A stretch of 64,000 nt of DNA. Origin: Macrostomum lignano (lineage: Eukaryota). Positions within the stretch are counted from its first letter, which is position 1. Each line of letters opens with the position of its first letter. The DNA lies in assembly GCA_002269645.1 (NCBI GenBank), contig NIVC01001504.1:1-64000 (forward strand), in the 5' to 3' direction. Below are positions 22,082 to 32,925 of this stretch, piece after piece. The position numbers were made by a program, and so were the translations under genes. The notes under the pieces were generated by a model that saw nothing but the letters and a program-made list of their open reading frames with translations, ran no database searches and was not told the origin of the DNA.

Positions 22082-24794
22082 GGGTGATGGTCATTTCGTC
22101 AACTGGCGTTTCGTCAACTCGGTTGACGAAGTGACCAAAATGTTAAGGCGACTTTACTGGTGGTTGACGAAGTGACCAATGCCTAGGTCCTCCCCATTTG
22201 CTTGTTGACGAAGTGACCAAAATTGTCATTATATGAATGATATATGTATTTCATATAGCAGCGTAGCTTACAATAGTTGTTATATCGATGAGTTTGTTTT
22301 AATAATTATCTAGTTTTATTTGAAACGATAAAACTTTGCAATTTCGTTACAGCTAGTGTTCAGTATATATGTTAACTGCATGCCCATTATACATGTTTTC
22401 GATAGGTTAAATGTTCCGATGCGAATATACTAGATGCAAATGCGTCACCTATGCACACTCATACCCATATGCGTCCGGGCGTCAATGAATCTTAAGCATT
22501 TGTGTTTTATGCAATCTGCATACAGTACATGCGTCCACGTACATGGTGCATTCATACTATCAAAACGCATCAAGAGGACTGCTATAATAGTCCCCTGTGG
22601 AGTCGTGAAAATTGGTGGACTGCAGCGTGCACCTTCCCACCCTTCCACCCCGCTGTGCGCAGTCAACCGAAGCTGATCCCCCGCAGCGAATCTTGATATC
22701 CGGTAATGCTCTCGAAGCATATCATGCACGATTCACGCAAATCATGCCATATTGTAAGCCATTTTACTCCCTGTCATGCTTAACCCTAAAGTGCTAAGCC
22801 AGTGTTAAGTCCCTTACACCCCACCAGTTCTAAAGTCACCCCACCCTAACGATCCGAACTGCTATATAAATGGAAGTCCCGTCAAAATTTACCAGGACCA
22901 GCAGCTCCACCAGTCGCAAGGCTAGCACCAGCTACGGTCGCAGAGCCAGCATCAGCTCAGGTCGCACAGCCAGCACCAGCTCCAGTCGCAGATCCAGCAC
23001 CAGCTCTGGTCGCAGAGCCAGCACCAGCTCCAGTCGCAGAGCCAGCACCAGCTCCAGTCGCAGAGCCAGCACCAGATCAGGTCGCACAGCCAGCACCAGC
23101 TCCAGTCGCAGATCCAGCACCAGCTCTGGTCGCAGAGCCAGCAGAGGGGGATGAACAAGGTCTTTTGGAGAAATTGTATGCTGCCGATGCTGGTAAGTGC
23201 CTGATATGAGAGATATCAGAGAGATCCTTTCTCTCTCCTCTCTTCTCTCCCTCACTCAACTCACTCACTCACCTTCACATTGCTCTTCACACCACCCCCC
23301 ATCTCTCTCTGTTACACTCACATCCACAAAAAACATCCACAAAACATTGACTATAATATCTTGTCATCATCACATGCAGGGCCATTCGAAGAACCAGCTC
23401 GCGTGGCCGAGGTCTCGATGGAGGGTCCGGAGCCTCATGACCTGCCTGCAGTCGTTGTGGCGGAGGAGTTCGAGGTGCTGGATGCTGCCACGACAAAGCG
23501 CAAGCCCTTACTCATTCAACGACTGGGTGACCAAGAATACGTTTTGGGCCTCAATTTCGAAAAAAATAACAGACGCTATTGGCGTTGCACCCAGCGCAAT
23601 TCAAGGTTTAAGTGCCCAGCATCAGCCATCCAGGACAATCAAGGTATTCGGAGTGGCCAGGCTGCCCACATCTGCGAGCCACGAATTCGTGAGTCGGTGA
23701 AGCGTCGCGTTGTCGCTGTGGTCAAGGATGAAGCAAAGCGGCAGTGCTTTCGGTCAGCTGCTGCAATCGTGGAGTCGAAGCTGCTAGACCATAGCGTGAC
23801 TGACTTTGGCCAGGAGGTACCCGCTATTCGTCAACTGGTGCGGATCGCAAACAGAGCTCGGGAAGCTGAGCGTCCAGTGCCCCCATCTGACCTCCAGTTC
23901 GATCTGGCTATGGACCGTATTCCTCCAGATTTCGTTCGGGCTGACATCCGAGTTGAAGGAACTGGCAAGCGCCATTTGCTGCTTTTTACTACGAATCAAA
24001 TCGAGCTGCTGGCATCCCGTCGGCTATGGTTTCTAGACGGCACTTTTGCGCTTCGTACATGAACCATATGCTGTTGTAATGTAATGTAAAGTTTCCAAGA
24101 AGTCCTAATATTGCAATTTTCTTAAAATAATATATTTTTCTTTTGTCTGCGTTTAGTACCGTATTACCGCTTACCGTACAGAACTACATGTACTATTATA
24201 GGTTTTAAGTATAGTGTGTGCATATAATATATATTATTATATAAATTTTAATGCGTGATTGACATCGACATAACCATAAATGGAATGGTTAATTTGGAAT
24301 GCTTTATATATTTTTTTAAATACACCATGTAGAGTGGACCATTTGAAGCGTTATTATCTTTGGTCCAGTACTCATCAACTACTCCTTAATGAATTTCTAC
24401 ATGTACATCCAAAAATTTGTCATGCAAATGTGTAACATGGGATATCAACCGCGTCATACTGCACACGTTTCAAAACACATTGTTTGTTAATGTATAGTCA
24501 GAGACGCATCGATCGAAGCCGGCAGATGTTGCGCAGAAGGGTATCTATATATATTAATTAGCCTGTGGACTTAGTCATTTCAGGGTTCAGTTTTTGTTTT
24601 TTTGCGGCCGCGGGGGGTAGTTTATTGGCAGTTGACGAAGTGACCAATGTTGGGGAACTCCCCGTTGGTCAGTTGACGAAATGACCGAGGTTTGAGATCG
24701 CTTCATTGGCTAGTTGACGAAACGACCAATGCAAAAACTGAGTTGACGAAATGGCCAGTTGACGAAACGCCAGTTGACGAAATGACTAGGACCC
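22082..24794 (+). mobile_element. Mutator-like (MULE) DNA transposon, internally deleted derivative (2713 bp)
   Basis: TIRs GGGTGATGGTCATTTCGTCAACTGGCGTTTCGTCAACT and (reverse complement) GGGTCCTAGTCATTTCGTCAACTGGCGTTTCGTCAACT; repeated GTTGACGAA motifs at both ends; 8-bp TSD ACGTCAAT at 22074-22081 and 24795-24802; encodes a FLYWCH plus MULE fragment. Confidence 0.88.
22870..24062 (+). pseudogene. Truncated FLYWCH-type zinc finger / MULE transposase
   Basis: Exon 1 carries a PAPAPVAE (24-bp) repeat and needs a 1-nt correction near 22890 to be in frame with ATG 22870. Intron 23193-23379 (GTAAGT...CATGCAG) joins in phase 1. Exon 2 has YWRCTQRNSRFKCPAS...HIC, then WFLDGTF (first catalytic Asp), then a stop. 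Confidence 0.8.
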
Positions 24795-26601
24795 ACGTCA
24801 ATAGCCTATAGCATATTAAAATTCATCAAAATATTATACAAACATAAAAATAACAAAAAACAGTTCTGTTTATTACTCAGTTTCATACTTGCCAGATTTA
24901 ATAAAATAAAATGAATAACTTCTTTTTTAGACTGCAATTAGGCCTGTCCTATCTGAAACATACATATAAGATGCTGCATACCCAATTTCCCCACCAATAT
25001 TTCAAGTAGGCCTAATGAAATCTACTAAAAATAAAACGAAAATTTTAATGCACTTCTAGCTTTAGTGCAAGCCTTTCCCTGTCTGTATGTAGATGTCTGT
25101 AGTGAGGCTATGCTGTCTCTGCTCTGCTTTTACTAAAAGCAGAGCAACTAAAAGTTGCTCAACTAAAAGTTTATCTGTTTGTTCAAGATAAATCTTTACT
25201 TTCTATGTACCCTTGCCGCCAGACTGCGTATATTACATGCCCAATTAGTTAATCATTATTAAACCCCTACAGACTAAAGCTAGCCTAATAAAAGAGTAGT
25301 ATAACCAACCAACGCTGTGATGCTGCTACGCTAGCATTGACCCGCGCTAGGATACAATTTATTCCTAGAAAACTTATTCAATTATAAAGTTAAAACTAAC
25401 AGTCACAAAATAATGATCAATGATCAATGAGCTCATAGAAAAGAAAAATATCCTCTATAACAACAATATTTCATAGTTTAACTAAATCCTTCTACAATCA
25501 TTTTTGGTATTTTTACGAACTGCTTGACTATGATCTACTTATTTACCAGAGCTGAAAAACAAAAACCGTCTATCTTCGTCGTCACAGGGGCAGGTAAAAC
25601 CTGCCTCCTAAATTTTCAAGAAAAGTAGTTTCTCGTCCTATTTGAGTAGTTCTTGAGTGGATTTAAAGTACTCGCAGGCTTACAGGTACATCAAGTACAT
25701 GTACGAGCTACTGGTAATAGTATTAGTCTGCTGCACACATACAAAACATGTCTGTTCCAAAAATGTCGAAATCATCTAATTCATTTTTTGGGCTCCATTC
25801 GATTTTTTGCGAATCTTGACATATGCCAAGAATCTTGACATCTTGACTTGCAAATTTTGTCAAGTGATACTGCATGTACCCAGCGGGCAGTGTGTGTATG
25901 TAGTAAGAATATGCTTGTTAAGTTACGAGCTACAATGCCTTGCTGCGAAGGAAGATGGCACCATAGCACTATATACGCTTCCCATTACCTACTTACGATT
26001 CTGAATTTCGAATCAAAGTAGAATCAAACTCTGAACAGAACAGACTGGTACACAAAGTTTTACAGTAAACTTAACCTGCTTTATAACTTTCAGCAGCACC
26101 AACCAGACAACAGTAGCGCGGTTTATTAATTATCAATAACTTTCACGTAAAAACGTACATAAAAATGCACAATGGTTACTAGGCTACCCAACAAAGTTCG
26201 CCAATAACATAAACGTTTTCCACGCACGCAGAACACGACTGCCAAATAAGCTGAGATGGAGAGCAGTATTGAACACTCAGAAATGCCAATTAAGACGCAA
26301 ATGCATCAGGGGCCAGCGCTGTTTCTATCTGGCAGTGACAATGGCCACACAGTCAACGGTATTTTATTAAAGAATAATAATAAATTGAGAATCATAACTG
26401 AGCTTGAGCTGCCCAGACTGGCAAATAACACGCAGAACATTCAGGGGGGGAGTCCAACAGTCTCGAAAGGTTTACAACTGCTATAAAAAATGCAATCAAG
26501 ACCGAGTTTCAAGCGCTCTCAGTCCCAGTGAATCATATTTGCCAAAAAAGCAACACAAATGCAAAGATGGAAATCCAGGAGCACAGATATCATCAGGCAG
26601 C

Positions 26602-27616
26602 TCAGCGCGGCTTGTGCCAGTACCGGAAGTGAGTCCACAAGGAGCTGCAGCTGTAGAATCGCACAGCGCAGATGCGGCAGACAAATGGCTTTTCTCCGGT
26701 GTGCCGCCGCACGTGATCATTCAGTTGAGACAACCGCTTGAAGCCTCTCTGGCAGTGGCTGCATTTGTGAGGCCGCCCGGCTGTGGACTGGCCATGGCCG
26801 GGTGTGAATGCCTTGCTGCACTCACCCGTGTGCAGCTGGGAGCTGTCATCGTACTGGCTGCAGGCAGACTGCTTCTGCCCGTTGATCAGGTTGGCAGAGT
26901 CCTTCAAAGCCGAGCGGCTCTGGCCAAGCTGACAAGGCCGTCCAGCCGAGTGCAGTCGCCGCAGGTGCTCCGCCAGGGCGCTCGATTGAGTGAAACGCCG
27001 CTGGCACTGACCGCACTCGAACGGCCGCTCACCCGTGTGCACCACAAGGTGCCTCTTCAATTTGCTCTGGCAGTTGAACTGCTTCCCGCACTCTTCGCAC
27101 TGGAGCAGCCGCTCGCCCGTATGCACCACAAGGTGCCTTTTCAGATTGCTCTGGCGGTCAAACCGCTTCCCGCACTCTTCGCACTGGAACGGCCGCTCGC
27201 CCGTATGCACCACAAGGTGCCTCTTCAGTTTGCTCTGGCAGTTGAACCGCTTCCCGCACTCACCGCACTGGAACGGCCGCTCGCCCGTGTGCACCACAAG
27301 GTGCCTTTTCAGATTGCTCTGGCGGTCAAACCGCTTCCCGCACTCTTCGCACTCGAACGGCCGCTCGCCCGTGTGCATCACAAGGTGCCTCTTCAGTTTG
27401 CTCTGGCAGTTGAACCGCTTCCCGCACTGACCGCACCGGTGCCGCCTCTGTGCGCCATCCGAGTGAGTCAGAACGTGCTGCAGGTACCGGGCCGCCTGCC
27501 CATCGGAGAACGCCTTCTTGCACATCGGGCAGCTGGTGCCGCTGCTCTGCCGTGGCTCCGGCTGGCCCGCCATCTCTGCGCAGAGCTCTGCAACATCGGA
27601 TGCGAGTAGCGGGCAG
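26602..27616 (-). CDS. C2H2 zinc-finger protein, 9 fingers
   Basis: Tandem CxxC...HxxxH fingers with TGERPF/TGEKPF linkers; open frame to the stop at 26602. Acceptor at 27617-27618 (phase 2); first in-frame ATG at 27573. Confidence 0.9.
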
Positions 27617-28202
27617 CTGGTCAAGCAGTGAGAATAGGCAGACTAATCTCTAATCTTAATTAATCTCCAACGATCATGAGCCAGTTTTTGCTACAGGAGG
27701 GGGCTGTGCACCCTGGCGCACTTTAAGCAACAGTCACACAACCGGCGAGAGGCATTGCTGCCCATGAGCAGACACACAAGTGCACAAACACACTCACACA
27801 GGAGTGTACAGCGGTGACTAACTTTCTTTATCGTTTATGGGCATGTACTGTACACTTCCCCTGTGCCTTGGAGGTTGGCGTTCAAGGGCGTCAATTGCAC
27901 TAGCAGTTCCCTGTTCAAATTAATGTGACTGCACTTGGAATCGGCACATCAAAGCGTCGCGCCAGGCGACCATTATGTACCAATAGCAGACTAAATAAAT
28001 TAGACTAGCCTATGACAAATACTTAGGCATCTATTTCCGCCTAAGCAAAGTAAAATTGAAATGAAAAATTCCGATTGATTGAGCGAAGAAAAAAGCCATG
28101 TAGGGAGAGCATTTGCGTATTTATCCAATTAGTAAAAGGCGGGACTTTCAATAAGTAGCGCAAGATTCGGATCGCAGTGTAGGGGGCAGCGGGGAAGGCG
28201 GG

Positions 28203-29528
28203 TCAGTGCTTGAGCGGCAGGCGGGCAATGACGGCCTTGTGGAGGCCGGTGACCTGGTTGGCCAGCTTGTCCATGGTCTGGTATTGCTGCTGCACAGCGG
28301 CCCGCTCGATCACCAGCACCTGAGCCTGCTGGTCGATCTTGCCAACGATGAGGTTGTCCAGGATGCAGGACACGATGAGGGCCTCGACCTCGGCCTGGTC
28401 GATGTTGAGCTGCGCCGAGATGAAGGGGATGCGGATGCGAGTGTAGGGCTGAATGAGGCGGCACAGCACCTGCGTGCGGACGTTGCGCAGCAGCTCCTCG
28501 ATGTGCTCCCGGATGAAGGGGTCCTCCATGATGGCCGCCCGGTGCTGCCGGAGCAGCTGCTCAAAGCTGTGGATGTCGTTGGCATGGTAGGCGGCCACCA
28601 GGCTGGTCATGGCGGTGACCTCGGGGTCGTTGCGGTAGGGCTTGGCCTCCTGACTGTCCAGCGGGTTGATGCCCACCTGGCGCAGCATGCTGGCGAGCAC
28701 CAGGTACTTCAGGCACTGGATGCGGCGCGGGCTGCCGGACTCGTCGTAGTTTTTGAACGCCTCGAAGAAGTCGGTGTGCGCCTGCTCGAACTCGGCCTCG
28801 CGCAGGTGCATCTTGCCGCCGCACTCGCGAATGATGCCCATGATGAGCGGGTGCGGGATGGCCGACTTGATGTTCAGCGACTGGTTGTACAGGTCCTTCA
28901 GCTTCTTGTTGTTCTTCTGCAAGGTGTACATCTGGATCTCCAGGGCGAAGATCTCCAGCAGGTTGGTGCCCTTCTTGCTGTCCAGCTCGCCGTCCTCGGT
29001 CTCGCATGAGGCGCGCAGCTCCTTAATGATCCGCTGCAGCAGCGGCCACTCCGCATTGTCCAGGTACAGCTTGCCGAGCTTGAGGTTGGCCTTGAACCAC
29101 AGCCGGTCGTTCTTCGCCTCCTTGAGCGCGTTCAGCGTGGTGTGGTAGAAGTTGAGCAGCAGGTCGTTCTGCTTGGAGGTGCTCACATAGTCCAGGATGG
29201 AGTTAATGGACTTCTCAGAGTAGTTGCGGGTCACAGCCTTTTTGATGTACGTCAGCAGCTCCTTGTACAGCCTCATCATCTCGTCGAACCGGCCGAGCCG
29301 GAAGTTGATCTTCATCATCTGCTTGAGCGCCTTGAAGCCCCAGTCGCCCTTCTCTGCGCCCTCCAGGTCGAGCACCTTCTGGTACTCCTTGAGCGCCAGC
29401 TCAGGATTCTCGTCCTTCAGAGTCTTGGAGTTGTAGTACTGGTTCTCCAGCTCCACGTTGGTGTCCTCCGGGGACGAGTCGAAGTCCAGCTCGTCCATGT
29501 CGCTGAAGTCGTCATCGTCGCTGTCCAT
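28203..29528 (-). CDS. COPS2: COP9 signalosome subunit 2, single coding exon (441 aa)
   Basis: MDSDDDDF...[104 protein letters not shown]-terminal PCI domain; uninterrupted ORF. Confidence 0.97.
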   Translation of the reverse strand: MDSDDDDFSDMDELDFDSSPEDTNVELENQYYNSKTLKDENPELALKEYQKVLDLEGAEKGDWGFKALKQMMKINFRLGRFDEMMRLYKELLTYIKKAVTRNYSEKSINSILDYVSTSKQNDLLLNFYHTTLNALKEAKNDRLWFKANLKLGKLYLDNAEWPLLQRIIKELRASCETEDGELDSKKGTNLLEIFALEIQMYTLQKNNKKLKDLYNQSLNIKSAIPHPLIMGIIRECGGKMHLREAEFEQAHTDFFEAFKNYDESGSPRRIQCLKYLVLASMLRQVGINPLDSQEAKPYRNDPEVTAMTSLVAAYHANDIHSFEQLLRQHRAAIMEDPFIREHIEELLRNVRTQVLCRLIQPYTRIRIPFISAQLNIDQAEVEALIVSCILDNLIVGKIDQQAQVLVIERAAVQQQYQTMDKLANQVTGLHKAVIARLPLKH

Positions 29529-29727
29529 GGCTCGGCGAGGACGCTCAGGAATACGGCATGGATCGGTGCTGGAGCAACTTGCAAATCCACAATTACAAAT
29601 GTGTGGAGATAAACAATAAGAAGCTTGCAACAATGCAAGATGTGAACTATGAAGATGTGAACTATCTATCAGGACACCCAGTATAGTTCATTGGCATGTA
29701 TATTTAGCATGCTTGAATCTTAAAAAG

Positions 29728-31545
29728 GGGTCTACGACAATTGACTGCCACAATTTGACTGCGGTCAATTTGACTGCGGACAATTTGACTGCCGACAAAA
29801 TGACTGCGAACAAAATGACTGCGAACAAAATGACTGTGGACAAAATGACTGCCGACAATTTGACTGCCGACAAAATGACTGCGAACAAAATGACTGCCGA
29901 CAAAATGACTGCGAAAATTTGACTGCCAACAAAATGACTGCGGCAATTTGACTGCCAACAAAATGACTGCGGCAATTTGACTGCCGACAATATGACTGCG
30001 AAAATTTGACTGCCAACAAAATGACTGCGGCAATTTGACTGCCAACAAAATGACTGCGGCAATTTGACTGCCGACAAAATGACTGCGGCAATTTGACTGC
30101 CGACAAAATGACTGCGGCAATTTGACTGCCGACAAAATGACTGCGGCAATTGACTGCCGACAATATAGAAAACAAGAGGCCACCCTCTCTCAATGGAGTT
30201 TTATGAGTTTGCTCGCCACCTAAACTTGTGGGCTCCACTGATCACCCTCTCTTTTATTATTTGACTCCAAACCCCAAAGTTGGCAACCCCAAACACCAAA
30301 ACCAAAAGCCTAGCCTAGTTGTGCACAGCTTTATATTGACGAATGAATTTGAAAAACTTGCTAGGCGCATTCTCGTTATGCAAAAGAGGAGAGAGAGATG
30401 AGAGATGAAGGCGGAGAGAGCAGAGTGCAGAGAGACGAGAGAAGTGAATAAAGTGGAGAGAGTATAGAAGAGGGAAAAGAAGAGGACTAAGGAAAGAGAG
30501 GAGTCAAAAGAGGGGAAAGAGAAGAGTACAGAGCAGAGAGGTGAGAGAACATACCAGCATAAGAGAGTAAAGATGACAGATGAGAGAGGGGAGATGAGAG
30601 AGCAGAGACGAGAGAGAAGAGACGAGAGAGAAGTGAGAAAACAGAAGAGAAGATAGAAGGTTCAAAGGATGCAAGGAACATAGGGATCGAGAGGCAGAAG
30701 TAGAGGCCAGAGTTTTTCTGACATTCTGCGCCGCACCCCAGCCAACAATATCAATAGTTTGCCTCCAATCCTAATTTTACACGAATGTAATCTATGTTAT
30801 GTTTAACTCTAATAATAAAAGTTTTTGCTTGAGTTTAACTTCAGATTTTAGAATATATGCAAAATAGTTCCTAAGATTGGAATTCCCATTTCCCACTGTT
30901 CAAAATCCGCGGGTTTCAACAGCTGTTACAGCTTGTTGTATAAAAGTTATGTGTTCTGTTCTGCATCATTCTAGCTTGTAAATACAATATTTCACTACAT
31001 GCATAGACTTAAAAGGATTGACAGAGTGCTAAACTTTAGGAGCATCATTTTTCTGGCAGTCATTTCGCTGGCAGTCAAATTGCTCGGCAGTCAAATTGCC
31101 GCAGTCATTTTGTCGGCAGTCAAATTGCCGCAGTCATATTGTCGGCAGTCAAATTGCTGCAGTCATATTGTCGGCAGTCAAATTGCCGCAGTCATTTTGT
31201 CGGCAGTCAAATTGCCGCAGTCATATTGTCGGCAGTCAAATTGCCGCAGTCATATTGTCGGCAGTCAAATTGCCGCAGTCATATTGTCGGCAGTCAAATT
31301 GCCGCAGTCATATTGTCGGCAGTCAAATTGCCGCAGTCATATTATCGGCAGTCAAATTTCCGCAGTCATTTTGTTGGCAGTCATTTTGTTGGCAGTCATT
31401 TTGTCGGCAGTCATTTTGTCGGCAGTCATTTTGTTGGCAGTCATTTTGTCGGCAGTCAAATTGTCGGCAGTCATTTTGTCCACAGTCAAATTGACCGCAG
31501 TCAAATTGTGGCAGTCAAATTGTGGCAGTCAATTGTCGTGCACCC
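29728..31545. mobile_element. Foldback-like non-autonomous element with long modular (tandem-repeat) TIRs, 1818 bp
   Basis: Ends GGGTCTACGACAATTGACTGCC and GGCAGTCAATTGTCGTGCACCC. Arrays of 14-15-bp GCAGTCA(A/T)(A/T)TTG units lie in opposite orientation at ~29740-30165 and ~31050-31545. Exact 9-bp TSD CTTAAAAAG at 29719-29727 and 31546-31554. Confidence 0.88.
30380..30700. repeat. GA-rich (polypurine) low-complexity tract inside the foldback element
   Basis: Almost pure A/G on the plus strand. Confidence 0.75.
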
Positions 31546-32204
31546 CTTAAAAAGTTGTATCTGAATAAAAGGGTGCTATACAATGATACTTGAAAATTGG
31601 TATAAGTACCTTTAGGTTTAGTAACAAAAGGCAGCATATTTTGATAAAAAGGGTAGCGGTTAAGAAGTGATATGAGAGTAAAAAAAATTTAATATGATTT
31701 AAAAGAATTTTTAAAGAATTTAAGTACCAGAATTTCATGTAATTGTTTTAAAGGAGTATCAGACAAAACACTTTTTTGTTATAATGTACATATATTATAA
31801 ATTGCAAACATAATATACAAACAATGATTGTTGTAATTTTTCTTCAGGTATACATGTAATGTTAACTATAATTTAAAAAACCTTTTCATGCCATTTTAAA
31901 TTTTAAAAAGCAAGTTTGTCATTGTGTTTCATCTTTTACATGTGAACTAAGAAGTTAATACAGTATAGACTGTGCTAGGTAAGATGCTTTGTGCATTGTA
32001 TGTGCACACACAGTGCACAAATCACAATAAATTTTCTTCTGCGCCATTTATGCTGTGTGCGCCAAAAAAACCCTCTGTGTATGCCGCAATTTTGCGTGAA
32101 ATCTACCACCACCTTGACTATGGTGGACACCTTCTTGACAATAGGGCTTATTATGTCATAACTGTTCATATGATATAATTGTTCATAATATGCCATACTT
32201 AGAG

Positions 32205-32520
32205 ACACAGTGACCGTGTCTATAATGCAAAAACTTATAGACACGGTGGCCATGTCTCTAATAGTGACTAGGTCTATACTTATAGACACGGCCACCATGT
32301 CTCTAAGTTTCTGCATTATAGACATGGCTACTGTGTCTATAAGTATAGACCTAGTCACTATTAGAGACATGGTTGCCATGTCAATAAAACTTGCATGGCA
32401 GCCATGTTATTAATATTCACTGGGTTCATACTTAGAGGCATGGTGGGTGGCCATGTTGTTATATTGACTGGGTTTACACTTAAGAGACACGGTGGGTGGC
32501 CATGTCTTTAATATTGGAGC
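32205..32520. repeat. Degenerate repeat cluster with interleaved inverted cassettes
   Basis: Perfect 39-bp inverted pair 32251-32289 / 32333-32371 and a 32-of-35 inverted pair 32217-32251 / 32290-32324. Confidence 0.75.
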
Positions 32521-32850
32521 TTAAAGGCATAGATGCCATGCCATGTATACAATCATTGATCAGATGAAAAAAGAGAAAAGTTGTCGGGGAGTTTTTTAAC
32601 TTGAAAGTTTTTAAAAATTAAATTAAATTTTTAAGAGTATCACGAAATCTTAAAAAAGTGCGGCCGCAATTATATATGAAAAAGAAATATTCTTTTGATA
32701 CATATCAGCCACACTTTAAGATTAAGTGTTACTTTTATTAAAAAAATTAATTTAATTTATTTTAATTTAATTTTTTACTTTATTTAAAAACTTGAAAAAA
32801 TTCAAGGCAAAAAAATTCTATTTCCTAAAAAATTTCAAATTAAAAAATCT

Positions 32851-32925
32851 CCAAGCCTTGGGGATTCAAACCCCTGCTACTCAAAATCACAAGGCAATTG
32901 ACATATTCACTGAGCCACCAATTGC
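32851..32925 (-). mobile_element. Degenerate tRNA-derived SINE head / tRNA pseudogene
   Basis: Minus strand reads GGTGGCTCAGTGAA...GCCTTGTGA...GCAGGGGTTTGAATCCCC, i.e. Pol III A-box-like and B-box-like motifs at tRNA-like spacing; no intact cloverleaf. Confidence 0.45.

Noticed and set aside
26404-27609. 401-aa plus-strand ORF
   Set aside because: Antisense shadow of the C2H2 array; no independent domain signal.
28206-29612. Plus-strand ORFs over COPS2, and similar antisense ORFs over PITRM1, ACY1, the kinase and FUBP
   Set aside because: Expected by-products of high GC3 codon usage; no recognisable proteins.
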